Source: a virus (taxonomy: Duplodnaviria > Caudoviricetes). From it: a DNA stretch of 58,918 nucleotides. The notes beneath the pieces are model-generated. The model made no database searches and was not told where the DNA came from. It saw only the letters and a program-made list of their open reading frames with translations. Each line of letters begins with the position of its first letter. The first letter of the stretch is position 1. Positions 57,078-58,918 of the stretch are shown piece by piece. Location: IMG/VR virus record IMGVR_UViG_3300046167_000387, positions 1 to 58,918 of that record. One strand, written 5' to 3'. The translations under genes were made by a program, and so were the position numbers.

Positions 57078-57356
57078 TTAATCAAGTAGCACCATATATG
57101 CTTCAGCATTATTTTTACGAAACCAACTTAAAGCTTTGTTAAAGTCAGTTACCTGCTTAGGTGTCACTGATTTAGGTGCAACTTCCATTACGTATTGCGA
57201 CCCGAGAATAAAGTCGTACATAGACAACTCGATACCGGTAAGTGTATAGCATTGACCGCTAAAAGGGTTTGTAACTTCTTCACCTTGATCGTAGATCATA
57301 CCTTTAAACCATTTAGGTACTGTTTGTTCTTTAGTCTTGTTGCTCATAACCTTCAT
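57078..57356 (-). CDS. conserved hypothetical phage protein
   Basis: VTNPFSG...ELSMYD...WFRKNNAEAYMVLLD. Confidence 0.75.
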   Translation of the reverse strand: MKVMSNKTKEQTVPKWFKGMIYDQGEEVTNPFSGQCYTLTGIELSMYDFILGSQYVMEVAPKSVTPKQVTDFNKALSWFRKNNAEAYMVLLD

Positions 57357-57792
57357 CTATTAATTCGTCAATAATTTCTTCTTCAAACTTTTCGGATAAG
57401 TATATAAATAAATTCTCAATAGCGCCGTCAATAAAGTCTTGGTAAAGATCATCTACATATATTATCTCAGGGTAATCTTCATCACCGTTGGAATACTTGA
57501 TTTGTTCTTCAAGTATATTGGCGAGATCACTATCATAGTAGTATATATCTTCACATACACTTATGTTGTCAGGATCGTCGGTAGCTACATACACAGAGTA
57601 ACCGTCTTTAGTAGTTTCTTCATATATATAATATGATGCTCTATTAGGGTAGTTGCTAGTTAGCTCAACACCGTAATGGTTTAATACGTTTGTTTTAGCA
57701 ACCTCGTCGTCTTCTGTTTGTTTATCACCGAAACCTTTAGCTTCTAAACGTTCGTTGATTAATTCTTCTGTTATATATTTAGTTTTATTCAT
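57331..57792 (-). CDS. highly acidic early protein
   Basis: About 40 D/E versus about 10 K/R in 153 aa (hand count). Confidence 0.75.
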   Translation of the reverse strand: MNKTKYITEELINERLEAKGFGDKQTEDDEVAKTNVLNHYGVELTSNYPNRASYYIYEETTKDGYSVYVATDDPDNISVCEDIYYYDSDLANILEEQIKYSNGDEDYPEIIYVDDLYQDFIDGAIENLFIYLSEKFEEEIIDELIDEGYEQQD

Positions 57793-58003
57793 TTTTTTCT
57801 ATTAATTCAGCAATGTAATTCCACACTTTTAATTCTACTTTATTACTATCTAAGATCATTCTCATTTCTTCTTCAGTTATATCGCCGCCGTAGTTGCCGG
57901 TCATTAACGATGTTTTGTTGTCGGTTATTTCAAATGTAAGCATAGACATTTTAGCGAAAGCTTTATCACTTGCTCGGTTATGTATATCTTGTTTAGTCAT
58001 CAT
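57785..58003 (-). CDS. hypothetical early protein
   Basis: ORF track. Confidence 0.65.
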   Translation of the reverse strand: MMTKQDIHNRASDKAFAKMSMLTFEITDNKTSLMTGNYGGDITEEEMRMILDSNKVELKVWNYIAELIEKNE

Positions 58004-58235
58004 ATTCTGTTATAAATAGGTTATCGCCGTGTTTTAGATCCCATATAGACGTTTTCAATAACGTTATGTCAGAGAACGTGTATAGCGTACTTATTTCACT
58101 CATAGTTAGATCTTGATAAAAAACTTTTGATGAAAGGTTTTCAAAGATATTATCAATAGTACTAGTGTATTGAGAAGTGTTTGCTTCTAATCTTAATTTA
58201 ATTTCAGGCCTAAGGCGTTCTAGTAATGTTTTCAT
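57993..58235 (-). CDS. hypothetical early protein
   Basis: Follows promoter copy 11. Confidence 0.7.
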   Translation of the reverse strand: MKTLLERLRPEIKLRLEANTSQYTSTIDNIFENLSSKVFYQDLTMSEISTLYTFSDITLLKTSIWDLKHGDNLFITEYDD

Positions 58236-58260
58236 GTTATTATATTTAGTTTGTTACAAT

Positions 58261-58296
58261 TATATTATCAATAGTTGTTCGTGTTTAGTTTGTAAA
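58261..58296 (-). promoter_or_regulatory. early promoter-like repeat, copy 11
   Basis: TTTACAAACTAAACACG-N10-GATAATATA. Confidence 0.8.
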
Positions 58297-58467
58297 TTAT
58301 ATTATATCAAAAATGTAGTCAGGTTCTAATCGGTACTCTTCGAATAATATTGTTTCAGGGTTTTCACCTTCAAACACTCTAGATCGTATGTCTTTGATCT
58401 CTTGAGTTGCTTCAACGCCGGTCATACCGTCGCGTTCCATTAATACTTGTTTAAGTTCGTTTCTCAT
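58297..58467 (-). CDS. 56-aa hypothetical protein
   Basis: Hand-translated MRNELKQVLMERDG...LEPDYIFDII. Confidence 0.6.
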   Translation of the reverse strand: MRNELKQVLMERDGMTGVEATQEIKDIRSRVFEGENPETILFEEYRLEPDYIFDII

Positions 58468-58474
58468 AATTATT

Positions 58475-58726
58475 TTATATAGTTGTTAATTCTATTTCTT
58501 CGTTTATTAAGTCAGCTATTTCTTTATAGTTAGGTAATGCTAAAAATACTCTAGCATAATCTTCTATATAATGTGATCCTTGCTTCATCTCATAGTTATC
58601 AAACACTATTTCTGTTGCCATTTCTATTAAATCGTCAGGAGTAACGGGTTCTGTAAATTCTATATTACTAAATAGATCGCTCATTATTCTCCATGTAGCG
58701 TAATCGGTATATCCGTTATAACTCAT
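58475..58726 (-). CDS. hypothetical early protein
   Basis: MSYNGYTDYATW. Confidence 0.7.
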   Translation of the reverse strand: MSYNGYTDYATWRIMSDLFSNIEFTEPVTPDDLIEMATEIVFDNYEMKQGSHYIEDYARVFLALPNYKEIADLINEEIELTTI

Positions 58727-58918
58727 TAGTCTTGGTATTTTTTAAGTGTCATACTATTTACTTTGTCAATGATCTCATTACCCACCATAGTAAAATAACC
58801 CGGTGCATATATAGATCTTTTACCGTCAGCTTCGGCAGCTAACACATCTTTTTCTGCTTCTTCAATAGCGTGTCTCAACGCTGTTTGAATGAAATACTTT
58901 TCGAATCCGTTAAATTTA
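58726..58918 (-). CDS. 67-aa protein spanning the window junction (ATG at 9-11)
   Basis: Joining 11..1 to 58918..58726 gives MSKTKFNGFEKYFIQ...KKYQD*, ending in a TAATG overlap with the next gene. Confidence 0.8.
   Translation of the reverse strand, partial: KFNGFEKYFIQTALRHAIEEAEKDVLAAEADGKRSIYAPGYFTMVGNEIIDKVNSMTLKKYQD

Noticed and set aside
1-58918. Prophage or lysogeny module
   Set aside because: No integrase, repressor pair, partition genes or host flanks recognised

Overview
This 58.9-kb AT-rich window is most likely a complete, circularly permuted genome of a lytic tailed dsDNA phage of marine Bacteroidota (Flavobacteriia-like). A minus-strand ORF runs in frame across the 1/58918 junction. 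The + arm (3.5-43.4 kb) carries GroEL/GroES, basic internal proteins, a GTA-like head spike, terminase, portal, scaffold, capsid, podovirus-type tail proteins, ejection proteins (one a 2412-aa polyvalent protein) and lysis genes. The - arm (circularly 3.2 kb -> 1 -> 58.9 kb -> 43.4 kb) carries small early genes, tRNA-Gln, a tRNA-like RNA, a sigma factor, ERF/exonuclease, SSB, primase-helicase, ThyA, MazG and RNR. I recognised no DNA polymerase or integrase. Best candidate for a new system: 11 copies of a non-host-type early promoter (TTTACAAACTAAATACG-N10-GATAATATA), paired with a sigma-70 region-2-like domain inside the giant putative ejection protein, suggesting a virion-injected sigma. Other signals are a prfB-like +1 frameshift site, a strand-biased octamer in the early arm, three copies of a long palindrome, an exact 35-bp inverted repeat 22 kb apart and twin cationic micropeptides. 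All calls were made by eye, without database searches.
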